From an uncultured Clostridia bacterium (GTDB lineage: Bacteria; Bacillota; Clostridia; Oscillospirales; CAG-272), in assembly GCA_947588825.1 (NCBI GenBank), contig CANPZU010000009.1, forward strand, positions 40-64,039: DNA of 64,000 nucleotides, read 5' to 3'. The position numbers and the translations under genes were made by a program. The notes under the pieces are model-generated. The model did not search any database and was not told where the DNA came from. It saw only the letters and a list, made by a program, of their open reading frames with translations. This document shows, piece by piece, positions 38,264 to 47,731 of the stretch. Each line of letters starts with the position of its first letter. Position 1 is the stretch's first letter.

Positions 38264-39313
38264 TTAAATCGATTGTTTCGAATAATGCATAATCAGCAAA
38301 GCTCGAAACGTTATATCGCAAGCTCTACGTATTTTGGATTTCCAATCAGTTTCAAGCTGCAGCCCGAAATACGGGCTCCACCCTCTAAATTCTTTTTCAT
38401 TGACAGCTAATCTACATATACCATCTTGACCGATATTGTTAAGTACATATTCAACTTCTTCTTTGAGCTTCGGAATATGGTTGTATAAACCACATCGAAC
38501 CATCCATTCTACTTTATCCAGTCTTACAATGTGGACATCATCTGTATCCGCCGAAATAGAAAAACCTTCGGGATAATACATTGCAGGACCAACCGGGTGT
38601 CCCAACCAGCAGGCAACACGGGTATTCATGATTTCGGGGCGGTCTGTTCGCATTAACCGTTTGAATGATTCGCCCAGCATTGTAATATTGTCTTCACTTT
38701 TCCATGAGTCGGTAAAAGCTAATATTTCGAGATGATAATGGCACGGCCATCTTTCGTTTTCATTAAACAGTCTGAAATTTTTTGCCGGACGAGAAACGTC
38801 AAATATAGAATCAACTTCCGTTACTCGTCTGAATGATTCAAGCGCAATGCCTATCTGCGGTTCAATATTGATAACATCATCATAATGCGCCCTCGCAATA
38901 CAAGCAGAACGAGTGATATTCGGACCGTAAGCAGGAACATTAAATTCGCTGTATATTTTTCCTTTGGCTTCATAACATAAATCAGCAGGCTTCATAGCTG
39001 CAAAGGCGTCCATTGCTCTATTCAAAACGGGCGTATCTTTAAATACCAATTTTTCGCCCAAATATTTCGTGCCGACTTCTTGGTTTTCAAACGGTCCCGC
39101 GTTTTTGTTCGGACCGTGAAATCCGTTTCCGAGCCATCCGTTTTCCTTCTGGCAGGCGATAATCAGCTGAATAACAGGCTCCGCTAAAATCTGCTCTTGC
39201 AACTGCTGTTTTTCTTCGAGCGGAACTTCTTCATTTAGAACCTCGCTTCTCACTCGGTATCTTATGGACGGATTCGCATTACTCAGTAAAAAATCAATCA
39301 TTTTCTCTTTCAT
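38264..39313 (-). CDS. Uncharacterised ~350-aa protein, paralog A2 (first gene of a three-gene operon)
   Basis: It shares the same conserved blocks as 35124..36224. The start is MKEKMIDFLL, with AAGGAG 10 nt upstream. The track start at 39349 lacks an SD. Confidence 0.75.
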   Translation of the reverse strand: MKEKMIDFLLSNANPSIRYRVRSEVLNEEVPLEEKQQLQEQILAEPVIQLIIACQKENGWLGNGFHGPNKNAGPFENQEVGTKYLGEKLVFKDTPVLNRAMDAFAAMKPADLCYEAKGKIYSEFNVPAYGPNITRSACIARAHYDDVINIEPQIGIALESFRRVTEVDSIFDVSRPAKNFRLFNENERWPCHYHLEILAFTDSWKSEDNITMLGESFKRLMRTDRPEIMNTRVACWLGHPVGPAMYYPEGFSISADTDDVHIVRLDKVEWMVRCGLYNHIPKLKEEVEYVLNNIGQDGICRLAVNEKEFRGWSPYFGLQLETDWKSKIRRACDITFRALLIMHYSKQSI

Positions 39314-39411
39314 ACACTTATAACTCCTTTTTTTGAAAAAATGCGTCATTTTTTTGACAAACTTTCATATATTACATTATCCGAAAAAATTCGTCAATAG
39401 TCGACAGCACT

Positions 39412-39440
39412 ATTATATTCAATTTTTGAGTAAATGTCAA
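39412..39440 (-). promoter_or_regulatory. Consensus sigma-A promoter of the A2-methyltransferase-HExxH operon
   Basis: Minus strand TTGACA (39435-39440), a 17-nt spacer, then TATAAT (39412-39417). Confidence 0.7.
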
Positions 39441-39458
39441 TACTCAATTTTTGAATAT
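39415..39458. promoter_or_regulatory. 44-bp composite palindrome (candidate XRE operator)
   Basis: ATATTC-AATTTTT-GAGTA-aatgtcaa-TACTC-AATTTTT-GAATAT. The outer and inner arms are inverted repeats. It covers the -35, spacer and -10 of the minus-strand promoter. Confidence 0.55.
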
Positions 39459-39551
39459 AGTATAATTTTTTAAGTTTAGTTGAAAATGCGGCTTTGAATC
39501 GTTCTAATTGTATTTACTTTCGGAATTTTTTCATAAGTTTAGGAGAATATT

Positions 39552-39773
39552 ATGGATTACAGAGAAAGAATCAGAGAAGTGCGGGAAGACAGGGATTTTA
39601 CCCAAGCACAAATCGGTAAGCTACTCAACAAATCTCAGCAAGGTTATAACCATATAGAAGCCGGTCGCGCAGAACTGAAAATTGAAGATTTGATACGGCT
39701 TTGTGAATTTTACAATCTTTCTTCGGATTATTTAATTGGTTTGACTGATAAGCCGAAATCATTTAAATGTTGA
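39552..39773 (+). CDS. XRE-family helix-turn-helix transcriptional regulator
   Basis: 73 aa. An HTH_3 core FTQAQIGKLLNKSQQGYNHIEAGR and a typical tail DYLIGLTDKP are present. TAGGAGAA SD upstream. Confidence 0.88.
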   Translation: MDYRERIREVREDRDFTQAQIGKLLNKSQQGYNHIEAGRAELKIEDLIRLCEFYNLSSDYLIGLTDKPKSFKC

Positions 39774-39806
39774 GATAATTGCAAAAAAACAACCCACGGC
39801 ATCGCC

Positions 39807-39844
39807 AAAAATCGGCAAGCGCGCTTTGTGCTTGCCGATTTTTA
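39807..39844. terminator. Bidirectional terminator between the XRE gene and rpiB
   Basis: AAAAATCGGCAAGC-gcgctttgt-GCTTGCCGATTTTT. Confidence 0.8.
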
Positions 39845-39871
39845 CCTCATCAGGAATATTTTGGGTGAGTA

Positions 39872-40318
39872 TCATTTTTTGTCAAGCTCATTCAGCATGT
39901 TTACTCTTGCTGTATGTCTCTCGCCCATAAAAGGCGTGTCAATAAACAAATCAATCATGTCAAGAGCAAGTCCCGTTCCGATGACCCTCGCGCCGAGACA
40001 CAGTATATTTGCGTCATTGTGAGCTCTTGTCATCCGCGCAGAAAAGGTGTTTTCGCAGGCGGCGGCCCTTATGCCTTTGTGCTTGTTGGCGGCGATGCTC
40101 ATGCCTATACCTGTGCCGCATATCAGTATACCAAGCTGCGCTTCGCCTTCAGTGATTTTTTTGCAAACCTTGTCGGCGTATACCGGGTAGTCAACCGAAT
40201 CAAGGCTGTCACAGCCGCAGTCGATGACTTCTATTCCCTTGGATTGTAAGTGGTTGGCAATGACTCCTTTGTAAATAAAACCGCCGTGATCGCAGCCTAC
40301 AGCTATTTTTTTAACCAT
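39872..40318 (-). CDS. rpiB: Ribose-5-phosphate isomerase B
   Basis: KIAVGCDHGG, CGTGIGMSIAANK and RxHNDAN.L.LG.R are present. AAGAGGTG SD upstream. Confidence 0.93.
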   Translation of the reverse strand: MVKKIAVGCDHGGFIYKGVIANHLQSKGIEVIDCGCDSLDSVDYPVYADKVCKKITEGEAQLGILICGTGIGMSIAANKHKGIRAAACENTFSARMTRAHNDANILCLGARVIGTGLALDMIDLFIDTPFMGERHTARVNMLNELDKK

Positions 40319-40334
40319 TTTTAGCACCTCTTTT

Positions 40335-41033
40335 TTATTTCTCGCTCTCGCGTCTTATTCTCTCTCTTTCCGCCTGTGAGGCGCGAAGGTAGACGGGAAG
40401 CAGTTCCAAGTCATTTACAAGGCTTCCTGTCCTGTAAGCTTCAAGCGCAAGCCTTGCAACGCTGAAAGCAGATTGATACTCCGAAAACAAATTGACTTTT
40501 TTAATATTTTCAAGCTGTATTTCAGAGTGTGCGACGTCGCAGCCGTCTCCGCAAAAGTATATGGGCCGCTCATAGGAGGAGAGCTCAGAGCGCAGCTCGT
40601 TTGCGGTAATCACTCTGTCGGGCGTAAGACGGCGCAGCGTTTTGCCGTCGCACTCAAAGAGCGCGTTATACAGTTGAGAACGTTTAGCGTCCATAACAGG
40701 AGATATAATGCCTTCCCTGTCGTCGATATTCATTGCAAGAGCATGGAGCGTCGAAACTCCCGCGCAGCATCTGCCTCTCCCGAACGCCAATCCTTTTATT
40801 ATCGAGACGCCTATACGTACACCCGTAAATGAGCCGGGACCGTTACTGCAAGCGAAAATGTCTATTTGCGAATTTTCAATTCCGGCTTTTTTTAAAAGCT
40901 CGTCGACACTTAAAAGCAATGTTTCGCTGTGCGTGTTGCCTGTATTCAAGGTGGTCAACCCTATAAGGGCTTCATCCTCGCAAAGGGCGGCGGACGCGAC
41001 TTTTGCGCTGCTGTCAATAGCAAGTATTTTCAT
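40335..41033 (-). CDS. tsaB: tRNA t6A37 biosynthesis protein TsaB
   Basis: ILAIDSS, GPGSFTGVRIG and its position beside tsaE support the call. Confidence 0.9.
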   Translation of the reverse strand: MKILAIDSSAKVASAALCEDEALIGLTTLNTGNTHSETLLLSVDELLKKAGIENSQIDIFACSNGPGSFTGVRIGVSIIKGLAFGRGRCCAGVSTLHALAMNIDDREGIISPVMDAKRSQLYNALFECDGKTLRRLTPDRVITANELRSELSSYERPIYFCGDGCDVAHSEIQLENIKKVNLFSEYQSAFSVARLALEAYRTGSLVNDLELLPVYLRASQAERERIRRESEK

Positions 41034-41052
41034 CACCGAAATCCCACTGTTT

Positions 41053-41487
41053 CTATTTACTCACAAGGCTTACATAGATCATGCGGGCAGCGTCGTCTAT
41101 TATGTCGATCTTGACCTTGTAGTACTTATTTGGCAGTATTTGAGGCGTTTTTTCGCACCATTCCGCAAGTATCACGCAGTTGTCGTAATCGTAAAATCCG
41201 ACCGAGTAAAGGTCGTCGTCGCTCTCGACACGGTACATGTCAAAATGGCAAATCTTATAGCTTGTCCCTTCGTATTCGTTTACAAAGCCGTAAGATGGGC
41301 TGCCTACCTCTGCCGAAGGCGCAGCCACGGAGGCAAATCCCCGCACAAAGGCGGTCTTCCCCGCCCCAAGGTCGCCGTACAGCGCCACAAAATCGTTGTT
41401 TTTGACACTTACGGCAAGCAAAGCCCCCGCCGATTCTGTCTCGGCCGTATTGTGAGAGAGTATTTTGAACAGTTCTTTTTCTTTCAT
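41053..41487 (-). CDS. tsaE: tRNA t6A37 biosynthesis ATPase TsaE
   Basis: LYGDLGAGKTAFVRG, SPSY and HFDMYR are TsaE/YjeE signatures. Confidence 0.9.
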   Translation of the reverse strand: MKEKELFKILSHNTAETESAGALLAVSVKNNDFVALYGDLGAGKTAFVRGFASVAAPSAEVGSPSYGFVNEYEGTSYKICHFDMYRVESDDDLYSVGFYDYDNCVILAEWCEKTPQILPNKYYKVKIDIIDDAARMIYVSLVSK

Positions 41488-41522
41488 ATTTTATTTTCTG
41501 TTTATTTATCCGATTTGCTTTA

Positions 41523-43205
41523 TCAGAAGAGGCCTGATATATTTCCGTCGTCATCCACATCGATATTGAAGGCGGCGGGGAGTTTTGGAAGCCCGGGCAT
41601 GGTCATAATCGCTCCTGTGAGCACTACAATAAAACGTGCGCCCGCGGAAAGTCTGACGTCTCTTACGGTTATATTGAATCCGCGAGGTCTGCCGAGCTTT
41701 GTCATATCGTCGGACAAAGAATACTGTGTTTTTGCGACGCAGATCGGGTATTTTGCATACTCCGGGTCGAGCGCCTCTATATCCTTTATGGCTTTGATCG
41801 CGGCGGGCTCATAATTTACGCCGTCCGCTCCGTATATTTTCTTTGCCACGGCTTCAATCTTTTCGGTGATCGAAAACTCGTCGGGATAAGTAAATTTAAA
41901 ACTGCTTTCCTTTTGACAGGCGTCAATAACCTTTTTGGCAAGCTCGATTCCGCCTTCTCCTCCCTTGGCAAAAACCTCGGAAAGCGCAAAGTCGACTCCT
42001 TTTTTCTCGCACATTTCACGAAGAACTGCAAGCTCTGCGTCGCTGTCGCTTTCAAAGCGATTTATCGCCACCACAACGGGAAGCCCGAATCCTTGAATGT
42101 TTTCAATGTGCTTTTCAAGATTGCACATGCCCCTTTTAAGAGCGTCGAGATTTTCCTCGGTGAGAGCGGATTTTTGCGCTCCTCCGTTGTATTTGAGCGC
42201 CCTCACGGTGGCGACGATAACGACTGCCGAAGGCGTGAGACCGGCAACTCTGCACTTAATGTCAAGGAACTTTTCCGCTCCCAAATCGGCGCCGAACCCC
42301 GCCTCGGTAATAGCATAATCGGCAAGCTTGAGGGCGAGCTTTGTCGCTTTTACGCTGTTGCAGCCGTGGGCAATGTTGGCAAATGGACCGCCGTGAATGA
42401 TCGCGGGAGTGTTTTCAAGCGTTTGAACAAGGTTAGGCTTCATAGCATCCTTCAGAAGGGCGGCCATGGCGCCATTTACCTTGAGATCGCGGCAGTACAC
42501 CGGCTTATTGTCATAGCTGTACGCCACAAGTATGTTTCCCAGTCTTTCTTTTAGGTCAATAATCGATTCGGCAAGGCAGAGTATTGCCATTATTTCACTT
42601 GCGACCGTTATCATGAAGTGGTCTTCCCTTGTGACTCCGTCGCTCTTTCCGCCGAGACCGACGGCAATATTGCGCAGCGACCTGTCATTCATATCCATGA
42701 CACGCGAAAAAAGTATCCTCTTTGGGTCTATCCTGAGCTCATTTCCCTGCTGAAGATGGTTGTCTATTACCGCGCACAGCAGATTATTCGCCGAGGTTAT
42801 CGCGTGGAAGTCGCCCGTAAAATGAAGGTTTATATCCTCCATCGGCACAACCTGCGCGTATCCGCCTCCTGCGGCTCCCCCTTTGATACCGAATACCGGC
42901 CCGAGTGACGGTTCTCTAAGGGCTACTACGGCGCGTTTGCCCAGTTTGCTCATGGCTTCGCCGAGTCCCACCGTGGTGGTTGTCTTTCCTTCTCCCATAG
43001 GAGTGGGGTTTATTGCGGTGACAAGTATGAGCTTGCCGTCGGGGAAAGACTGCCGACGGCGAATGAAGCTGTCGTTGATTTTAGCTTTGTATGTGCCGTA
43101 AAGCTCTATTTCCTGCTCGTTTATGCCGAGTTCTTGCGCTATATCTTTAATAGGTTTTAGCTTTGCCGCATGGGCAATCTCGATGTCGGATAAAAATTCT
43201 GCCAT
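41523..43205 (-). CDS. fhs: Formate--tetrahydrofolate ligase
   Basis: [39 protein letters not shown] and a C-terminal MTMPGLP are present. The start is MAEFLSD, with AAGGAG 7 nt upstream. Confidence 0.95.
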   Translation of the reverse strand: MAEFLSDIEIAHAAKLKPIKDIAQELGINEQEIELYGTYKAKINDSFIRRRQSFPDGKLILVTAINPTPMGEGKTTTTVGLGEAMSKLGKRAVVALREPSLGPVFGIKGGAAGGGYAQVVPMEDINLHFTGDFHAITSANNLLCAVIDNHLQQGNELRIDPKRILFSRVMDMNDRSLRNIAVGLGGKSDGVTREDHFMITVASEIMAILCLAESIIDLKERLGNILVAYSYDNKPVYCRDLKVNGAMAALLKDAMKPNLVQTLENTPAIIHGGPFANIAHGCNSVKATKLALKLADYAITEAGFGADLGAEKFLDIKCRVAGLTPSAVVIVATVRALKYNGGAQKSALTEENLDALKRGMCNLEKHIENIQGFGLPVVVAINRFESDSDAELAVLREMCEKKGVDFALSEVFAKGGEGGIELAKKVIDACQKESSFKFTYPDEFSITEKIEAVAKKIYGADGVNYEPAAIKAIKDIEALDPEYAKYPICVAKTQYSLSDDMTKLGRPRGFNITVRDVRLSAGARFIVVLTGAIMTMPGLPKLPAAFNIDVDDDGNISGLF

Positions 43206-43397
43206 TTTACTTCTCCTTTTTTTCACTTGAATACATGAAAATAATGTTGCAAACGATACGACCGTGCAAAACCGGCCGCGCTTATTTTATTTTTATTTTG
43301 TTTTTAAAGGAAAAATCGAATTTAATTAAAAACATGTGCGCATTTTAGTTTTTCTTAACGCAATTATAACATACGGCTTTCTTTTTTTCAACCGTAA

Positions 43398-44795
43398 TCA
43401 TAAATTATTGTCATTTTCCACAAAAAGAATTTTAATAGCTTCAAAAACGCTTTTTACGGGTATAAGCTTTATGTTGTCGTCTGAATTTAAAGAATATGTT
43501 TTTTTAATCGCGTCATGGCTCCGTTTTGGAAGAAGTATTCGCTTAAAGCCGAGTCTGACGGCTTCCTTCACACGAAGCTCGGGCGCGCTCACCGCTCTTA
43601 TCTCTCCCGCAAGGCCTATTTCTCCGAAGGCAATGACGTCGTCGGGAACGGGTATATCTCTTATCGAGGAAATCAGAGCAAGCGATATGGCAAGGTCGGC
43701 TGCAGGCTCCTCCATTCTTATTCCGCCTATGACGTTGAGATATGCGTCGCAGGCGGAAAAACGCAGTCCGAGACGCTTTTCAAGCACGGCGAGAAGCAAA
43801 TACATGCGATTGTAATCTATTCCGTTTGCCGCTCTTTTCGGCGCAGGAAAAACGCTTTTGCTTGTCAGAGCCTGTATTTCGCTGATAAGCGGTCTGCTGC
43901 CCTCCATTACGCATACGGCGCAGTTGCCCGATATGTTTTTCGGTCTGCCCGAAAGAAGCGTTTCGGAAGGATTCGGCACCTCTTTAAGGCCCTCTCCCGT
44001 CATTTCGAATACGCCTATTTCATTTGTCGAACCGTATCTGTTTTTTGATGCCCTGATTATTCGGTATGATTGTTCCCTGTCACCTTCAAAGGACAGAACT
44101 GCGTCGACCATGTGCTCAAGAACCTTAGGCCCGGCTATAGTTCCCTCCTTGTTCACATGTCCCACAAGAAGCACCGACACGTTCTTTTCGCCTTTGGCAA
44201 GCGAAATAAAACGCATGGTGCTTTCCTTTACCTGTGTAACGCTTCCCGGAGAAGAGCTTACCGTGCTGCAGTACATCGTTTGAACCGAGTCGATTATCAC
44301 AAAAGAGGGAGAAACCTCTTGACATTCCTCTATTATGCTGTCTGTATCCGTTTCGGTCAAAACATAAAGTCCGTCCCCTTTGATTTTAAGTCGCTCGGCC
44401 CTGTATTTGAGCTGCCCTGCGGATTCCTCGCCCGACACATACAGCACTCTGCTGTTTTCGGAAAGCGTGTCGCATATCTGCATAAGCAGGGTCGACTTGC
44501 CTATTCCCGGTTCGCCCGCAATCAGCACGACGGAGCCTTCAACGACTCCTCCGCCGAGCACCCGATCAAGCTCGTTTATGCCGGTGCTTCTTCTCATGTA
44601 CTTGGAAAGCTCGAGCTTTTTGTACGGTACGGTCTTGCCCGCCGACACTCGTTTTGGGTTTTTATCTTTTTCCGCGGCGCTTTCGGCGCGCTCCTCAAGT
44701 GAGTTCCAAGCTCCGCAAGAGGGACACTTCCCAAGCCATTTCGGTGTTCTGTATCCACACTCGCTGCACACGTAAAAAGTCTTGTCAGCTTTCAT
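43398..44795 (-). CDS. radA: DNA repair protein RadA (Sms)
   Basis: An N-terminal zinc ribbon C.ECGY...W.GKCP.CG.WN, Walker A GEPGIGKSTL, the KNRYG motif and a Lon-like C-terminal domain are present. Confidence 0.95.
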   Translation of the reverse strand: MKADKTFYVCSECGYRTPKWLGKCPSCGAWNSLEERAESAAEKDKNPKRVSAGKTVPYKKLELSKYMRRSTGINELDRVLGGGVVEGSVVLIAGEPGIGKSTLLMQICDTLSENSRVLYVSGEESAGQLKYRAERLKIKGDGLYVLTETDTDSIIEECQEVSPSFVIIDSVQTMYCSTVSSSPGSVTQVKESTMRFISLAKGEKNVSVLLVGHVNKEGTIAGPKVLEHMVDAVLSFEGDREQSYRIIRASKNRYGSTNEIGVFEMTGEGLKEVPNPSETLLSGRPKNISGNCAVCVMEGSRPLISEIQALTSKSVFPAPKRAANGIDYNRMYLLLAVLEKRLGLRFSACDAYLNVIGGIRMEEPAADLAISLALISSIRDIPVPDDVIAFGEIGLAGEIRAVSAPELRVKEAVRLGFKRILLPKRSHDAIKKTYSLNSDDNIKLIPVKSVFEAIKILFVENDNNL

Positions 44796-44844
44796 TTTTA
44801 CGTCCTTTCCTGTTTTTGTAGGTTTTAATGTTAATACTCTGATT

Positions 44845-45582
44845 TTAAGTACCTTCGCCGTAATTGCAAATGGCGCAGCTTATAGAAAAAGCCAATTTGC
44901 TTATGTACTCGTCCTTTGTGAGAAGCTCGGCTTCGGTACGGTTTGACAAAAAACCGCACTCTATCAAGACGGCGGGAATATCTATCCTGTCAAGGATAAA
45001 AATCGATGAATTCGCCTTTTTTATCTCACGCTTGTTTTCAGGCTGAACCATATTTTTAACATTTTCCTTTACCGACTCTGCAAGCAGCTTGCTTTCTTCG
45101 GTGTTTCCGGAATAATACACCTGAAGTCCTTTGCAGCTTTCCATGCTGAATTTGTTCATGTGGATGCTCACAAAAATCGCGTTGGGATACTTTTTTTCAT
45201 AGTCGAGTCTGTTTTTCAGATCCTGACCCTTTTTGCTGCCTGAGGCGTCTTCAGAATAAAGCAGCTCGTCTTTTTCTCTCGTCATAACGACACGATACCC
45301 TCGAAGGATCAAAAGTTCTTTAAGAGCAAGCGAGAGCTTTAAATTCACATCCTTTTCAAGCACGCCGTTCACTCCCACCGCCCCGGGGTCTTCTCCGCCG
45401 TGTCCGGGATCGATTATTACCGTTTTACTTTCGTCATACGGCTTGACAGTCTCGGCGTTTTCTGTTAAAATAAATTGAGTAATAATTTTTTTGAACGTTC
45501 CTCCCGCAAAAGCGGATATGGCGCCTATAGCCGCGGCAAGAAGCAGTATAGCCGCTACAGTCCTGATAACTGAAAACTTCAT
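44845..45582 (-). CDS. cwlD: N-acetylmuramoyl-L-alanine amidase (Amidase_3; CwlD-like)
   Basis: A signal/anchor precedes IIDPGHGGEDPGAVG, SIHMN and LIECGFLSN. The size and architecture fit the germination-specific CwlD. Confidence 0.8.
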   Translation of the reverse strand: MKFSVIRTVAAILLLAAAIGAISAFAGGTFKKIITQFILTENAETVKPYDESKTVIIDPGHGGEDPGAVGVNGVLEKDVNLKLSLALKELLILRGYRVVMTREKDELLYSEDASGSKKGQDLKNRLDYEKKYPNAIFVSIHMNKFSMESCKGLQVYYSGNTEESKLLAESVKENVKNMVQPENKREIKKANSSIFILDRIDIPAVLIECGFLSNRTEAELLTKDEYISKLAFSISCAICNYGEGT

Positions 45583-45653
45583 ACAAAACCACCCATCGCA
45601 AACATACTTTAAGAATTTATATGCTGCAATGGGCGATAAGTTTCATAAACACG

Positions 45654-46277
45654 TCAAACTTTGTATCTTTCTTCCGGCTTTTTGGATTTCTTTTTGAAAC
45701 CGTTGCAGTATTTTACGCCTAACTTGTAGGCAAGCGTCGCGATAATCACCGAAGGAAGCGGAATGACAAGAAGAATAAAAACATTTCCCGAGAAGAACAC
45801 CTTGAGTACGCCGACATACATGAACTGTATCGCTTTTGACAGAGTGTCGCATATCTGATAGGCCTGTACAGCCCATGACGGATTCAACGCGCTTACCTGT
45901 TCGGCTGTCAGAGAAGCGAGGTTCTGAGTCATCTGAACGCCGTTTATTATTGCCTTGAATAACACGGTTAAAATACCGAGAAGAAAGTTTAAGGTGTTTG
46001 CAAACAGAGATATCCAAAGCGCTTTGTAGGGGTAATATGCAAGCCGTTGAGAATTTATTTTAATCCCGTCTTTCTGTCCCATATCATAAAACATCACATA
46101 AATCAGATATAGGTAAAAAACTATCGAAAGTATGCTAAGCAACGCAAGAATCGTGTTCGATCCGGAGGCGGCGCCGGTCATTGCCATCATTGCTCCGAAC
46201 ATACACATTGCCACCTGATCAAGATTCATTTTAAATGACATATAAAAATTTTCTTTAATGGTTCTGATCATATACAA
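45654..46277 (-). CDS. Hypothetical integral membrane protein
   Basis: 207 aa with about five hydrophobic segments and a Lys-rich C-terminus. No family was recognised and the start is uncertain. Confidence 0.55.
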   Translation of the reverse strand: MYMIRTIKENFYMSFKMNLDQVAMCMFGAMMAMTGAASGSNTILALLSILSIVFYLYLIYVMFYDMGQKDGIKINSQRLAYYPYKALWISLFANTLNFLLGILTVLFKAIINGVQMTQNLASLTAEQVSALNPSWAVQAYQICDTLSKAIQFMYVGVLKVFFSGNVFILLVIPLPSVIIATLAYKLGVKYCNGFKKKSKKPEERYKV

Positions 46278-46411
46278 GCTCGCCTTTACGGCTTCCTTTC
46301 TTTGCTGTCACAGCTACCTTTTATTATTTTAATTTATAATTGTGAACAAAACAATACCGTTACTTTAAGAAATAAAGATTATTTAATTTTATTGGTAGGA
46401 GAAAACTCTGC

Positions 46412-47440
46412 ATGGATATAAATTGCCCGCTTATCGAAGATTTTATGAGTTACAAGCTGACCGTTCAAAACAGAAGCACGCAGACCGTCGAGCAATACGG
46501 TATCGACCTTGTAATGTTTTTTAAATACATACTTGCATCGCGCGTCAACAAAAAGTTTTCACGCGAGGATTATGAGAAAACAGATATATCGAAAATAGAC
46601 ACGTCTTTGGCAGGAAGTGTTACAACGGCAGAGGTCTATTCCTTTTTGCAGTACATTTCTTTTGAAAGAGACAACAAGCCCGCCGCGAGAGCGCGTAAGC
46701 TCTCGGCCATAAAGGGCTTTTACAAGTATATGACAGTGACAAGAAGGTATTTTACCGAAAATCCGGCAAAGGATATCGAGTCTCCGAAGGTGAAAAACGC
46801 CCTTCCCAAATATCTCACTCTTCAAGAGGCGCTGAACCTGCTTGATGCAATCGAAAACGACGTCGAGTCAAAAAATCGGCAGCGCGACTTTGCGATCGTC
46901 ACTCTGTTTTTAAACTGCGGTATGCGTCTTTCCGAGCTTGTGGGCATCAACCTTACCTCTCTTGACCCCGAGCTGCATCTTGTCAGAGTAGTCGGAAAGG
47001 GCAATAAAGAGAGAATAATATATCTTAACGAGGCTTGCAGACAGGCAGTATCGGCATATCTGATTGCTCGCGCCTCTCTTACGATAAAGGACAAGGACGC
47101 CCTGTTTATCAGCAGACTCGGTACGCGCGTCAGCAATAAAACGGTACAGTGGATGGTTTACAAGTATTTAAAGCTTGCGGGGCTCGGATACAGAAAATTA
47201 TCTACTCACAAGCTGCGCCACACGGCCGCAACTCTCATGTATCAGTCGGGTCAGGTGGATATAAGGGTACTTAAAGACATTCTCGGGCATGAACAGCTCA
47301 ACACAACTCAGATATACACTCACGTAAGCAACGAGCACATGAAAGACGCCATGACTCATAACCCCCTTGCAAATCACAGCGGCCGCGTCAAAACGCCGCA
47401 GAGCAAAAATGACGATAAAAAGGAAAAAAATAACGAATAA
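46412..47440 (+). CDS. Tyrosine recombinase, XerC/XerD type
   Basis: An N-terminal SAM-like core-binding domain and a catalytic ...ELVGINL.., HKLRHTAAT and LGHEQLNTTQIYTHV (R-H-R-Y set) are present. The tail is Lys/Asp-rich. Confidence 0.88.
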   Translation: MDINCPLIEDFMSYKLTVQNRSTQTVEQYGIDLVMFFKYILASRVNKKFSREDYEKTDISKIDTSLAGSVTTAEVYSFLQYISFERDNKPAARARKLSAIKGFYKYMTVTRRYFTENPAKDIESPKVKNALPKYLTLQEALNLLDAIENDVESKNRQRDFAIVTLFLNCGMRLSELVGINLTSLDPELHLVRVVGKGNKERIIYLNEACRQAVSAYLIARASLTIKDKDALFISRLGTRVSNKTVQWMVYKYLKLAGLGYRKLSTHKLRHTAATLMYQSGQVDIRVLKDILGHEQLNTTQIYTHVSNEHMKDAMTHNPLANHSGRVKTPQSKNDDKKEKNNE

Positions 47441-47503
47441 TAAAATATCCTGCGCTTGAGTAAAAAAAATTAAAAAATATGAACATTTTGTGTTAAAATA
47501 CCT

Positions 47504-47532
47504 TTGAAATTTTGTCAAAAATGTGATATAAT
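47504..47532 (+). promoter_or_regulatory. Sigma-A promoter about 200 nt upstream of carD
   Basis: TTGAAA, a 17-nt spacer, then TGaTATAAT (extended -10). Confidence 0.55.
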
Positions 47533-47731
47533 ATAGACAAGCATCGCAAGCATGTTTTCATACTATCTTCATATTTCATATATTCTGATACGGTTAAGGA
47601 CGCCTTAAATTAATAATGTCACAAACGCGCGCCGTATCTTTTTACGAAATTGAAATTACGGTTTATAATATAAATGAAAACAAAAACGCTTGTCGCAAAG
47701 CGCAAAATGCCAAAATGAAGGAGGAACGTAA

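Noticed and set aside
40708-41814. 368-aa ORF on the plus strand
   Set aside because: It runs antisense across tsaB, tsaE and the end of fhs, all of which have clear family signatures on the minus strand.
46412-47440. Tyrosine recombinase as a marker of a prophage or integrative island
   Set aside because: Its flanks are core genes (radA, cwlD, carD). I saw no flanking direct repeats or phage genes. The protein has the Xer-type architecture, so it is treated as a chromosomal Xer-like recombinase.
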